From a virus (Duplodnaviria > Heunggongvirae > Uroviricota > Caudoviricetes): a stretch of DNA of 29,676 bases. Positions within the stretch are counted from its first letter, which is position 1, and the number at the start of each line of letters is the position of its first letter. The position numbers and the translations under genes were made by a program. Positions 28,244-29,676 of this stretch are shown one piece after another. The notes under the pieces are model-generated. The model searched no databases, was not told where the DNA came from, and saw only the letters and a program-made list of their open reading frames with translations. Where the stretch lies: positions 1-29,676 of IMG/VR virus record IMGVR_UViG_2660238507_000002. The stretch is one strand, 5' to 3'.

Positions 28244-28435
28244 ATGCTTGGTAAGGTATTTTTTGTGGTTTTGTCATGTTCTTTGTTATTAAACCCACTA
28301 ACTACCTATGCTAGAAATTATCCCTGCTCAGGGAAAAAGGGAGGTGTTTCTCACTGTACCTCAGATGGCAAATTCGTTTGCAATGATGGAACTATTAGTA
28401 AATCCAAAAAAATCTGTACTAAAAACTCACGATAA
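28244..28435 (+). CDS. small secreted cysteine-rich protein (moron)
   Basis: 63-aa ORF with strong RBS GGGAGGAAACT, N-terminal signal peptide (..[10 protein letters not shown]), ~40-aa mature region with 5 Cys; AT-rich. Confidence 0.55.
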   Translation: MLGKVFFVVLSCSLLLNPLTTYARNYPCSGKKGGVSHCTSDGKFVCNDGTISKSKKICTKNSR

Positions 28436-28623
28436 CTTTTGCTTTTATATCTGCGTCTAAAATAAAAATGAGCCGCAGGTTAACCGCAAAAGTTACATGC
28501 TCACATAGCAAAAAGAATAGCCAACTTCATTATGGCTTCAGTGAGATGTATGGTCGTAGGATTTCATACATTGACACTGGTTATACATACAGTAAAAATG
28601 CTCTCTACTGGAGGGCATTTTTT

Positions 28624-29676
28624 ATGGCAGTACGAAAACTCACCACAGGGAAATGGCTTTGCGAATGTTACCCCGCCGGACGTAGTGGGCGTCGTGTGCG
28701 TAAACAATTCGCCACCAAAGGCGAAGCTCTGGCTTTTGAGCGCCACACGATGGAAGAAACCGAAGCAAAGCCCTGGCTGGGTGAATCAGTGGATCGTCGA
28801 ACACTGAAAGACGTAGTTGAGCTATGGTTCAAACTACATGGTAAATCTCTAACCGCTGGGCAGCATGTCTATGACAAATTGCTGTTGATGGTTGACGCTC
28901 TGGGCAATCCCCTTGCAACCGATCTCACATCTAAAATGTTTGCCCACTATCGAGATAAACGCCTGACGGGTGAGATCTACTTCAGCGAGAAATGGAAAAA
29001 AGGAGCAAGCCCAGTCACTATTAACCTGGAGCAAAGCTATCTTAGTAGTGTTTTTAGCGAACTATCCCGCCTGGGCGAATGGTCGTATCCGAACCCACTG
29101 GAGAACATGCGAAAATTCACCATCGCAGAAAAAGAGATGGCATGGCTTACCCATGAGCAGATTGTTGAATTGCTGGCTGATTGTAAACGTCAGGACCCAA
29201 TTCTGGCACTGGTAGTTAAGATATGCTTAAGCACTGGCGCACGCTGGCGTGAAGCCGTAAATCTTACCCGCTCACAGGTGACCAAATACCGAATTACCTT
29301 TGTAAGAACGAAGGGGAAGAAAAACAGAAGCATCCCTATCAGTAAAGAGCTTTACGAAGAGATCATGGCGCTTGATGGGTTCAATTTCTTCACAGACTGT
29401 TATTTTCAATTTTTATCCGTGATGGAAAAAACGTCTATCGTGCTCCCTCGCGGTCAACTCACACACGTTCTGCGCCATACGTTTGCGGCGCACTTCATGA
29501 TGTCGGGTGGAAACATTCTGGCCTTACAAAAAATTCTCGGACACCACGATATAAAAATGACTATGCGTTACGCACATCTGGCACCGGATCATCTGGAAAC
29601 GGCGCTTCGTTTCAATCCTCTGGCAACGCTGCCAAGTGGCGACAAAGTGGCGGCAGCGGTTGGCATTACCCCGTAA
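28624..29676 (+). CDS. int: tyrosine integrase (P2/186 family)
   Basis: C-terminal catalytic region with R..HxxR..Y signature (..ARWREA..HVLRHTFA..IKMTMRYAHL); start taken at ATG 28624 (MAVRKL...); ORF-track start 28468 is an upstream in-frame start. Confidence 0.85.
   Translation: MAVRKLTTGKWLCECYPAGRSGRRVRKQFATKGEALAFERHTMEETEAKPWLGESVDRRTLKDVVELWFKLHGKSLTAGQHVYDKLLLMVDALGNPLATDLTSKMFAHYRDKRLTGEIYFSEKWKKGASPVTINLEQSYLSSVFSELSRLGEWSYPNPLENMRKFTIAEKEMAWLTHEQIVELLADCKRQDPILALVVKICLSTGARWREAVNLTRSQVTKYRITFVRTKGKKNRSIPISKELYEEIMALDGFNFFTDCYFQFLSVMEKTSIVLPRGQLTHVLRHTFAAHFMMSGGNILALQKILGHHDIKMTMRYAHLAPDHLETALRFNPLATLPSGDKVAAAVGITP

Larger units (their letters stand above)
2780..29676. mobile_element. 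P2/186-family prophage (defective), continues beyond window end
   Basis: Contiguous P2-like gene order ogr-D-U-T-E-FII...R-S-lysis-X-L-M-N-O / P-Q / accessory / A-dam-cII-apl-cI-int; left boundary approximate, between the ybjL terminator and ogr stop. Confidence 0.85.

Overview
The window opens with enterobacterial chromosomal genes (grxA, ybjM, ybjL) and then, from about 2.8 kb to the window end, contains a P2/186-family prophage inserted downstream of ybjL. Its gene order runs from the late activator and tail genes through lysis, head and packaging genes, an AT-rich accessory region, then replication and lysogeny genes to the integrase; the left prophage end (attR) lies somewhere in 2621-2855 and the other end is beyond the window. 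The prophage looks defective: the major capsid gene carries an in-frame internal deletion, the baseplate/tail-fibre/sheath block is reduced to three fused fragments, and the tape-measure gene has an internal segment that codes on the opposite strand. The accessory region is the most interesting part. It holds a retron-like module (reverse transcriptase, NDT/SLOG-like effector, strong hairpin where an msd would be) and, separated by a putative cos site and a terminator, a two-gene cassette of unknown function (71-aa protein plus 280-aa membrane protein) that is a candidate undescribed defence system. Other notable elements are a LexA-box-controlled DinI/Tum-like operon, a phage Dam methylase, a TraR-like zinc-finger protein and a small secreted Cys-rich moron. 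All calls rest on reading the translations and DNA by eye; no database search was run.
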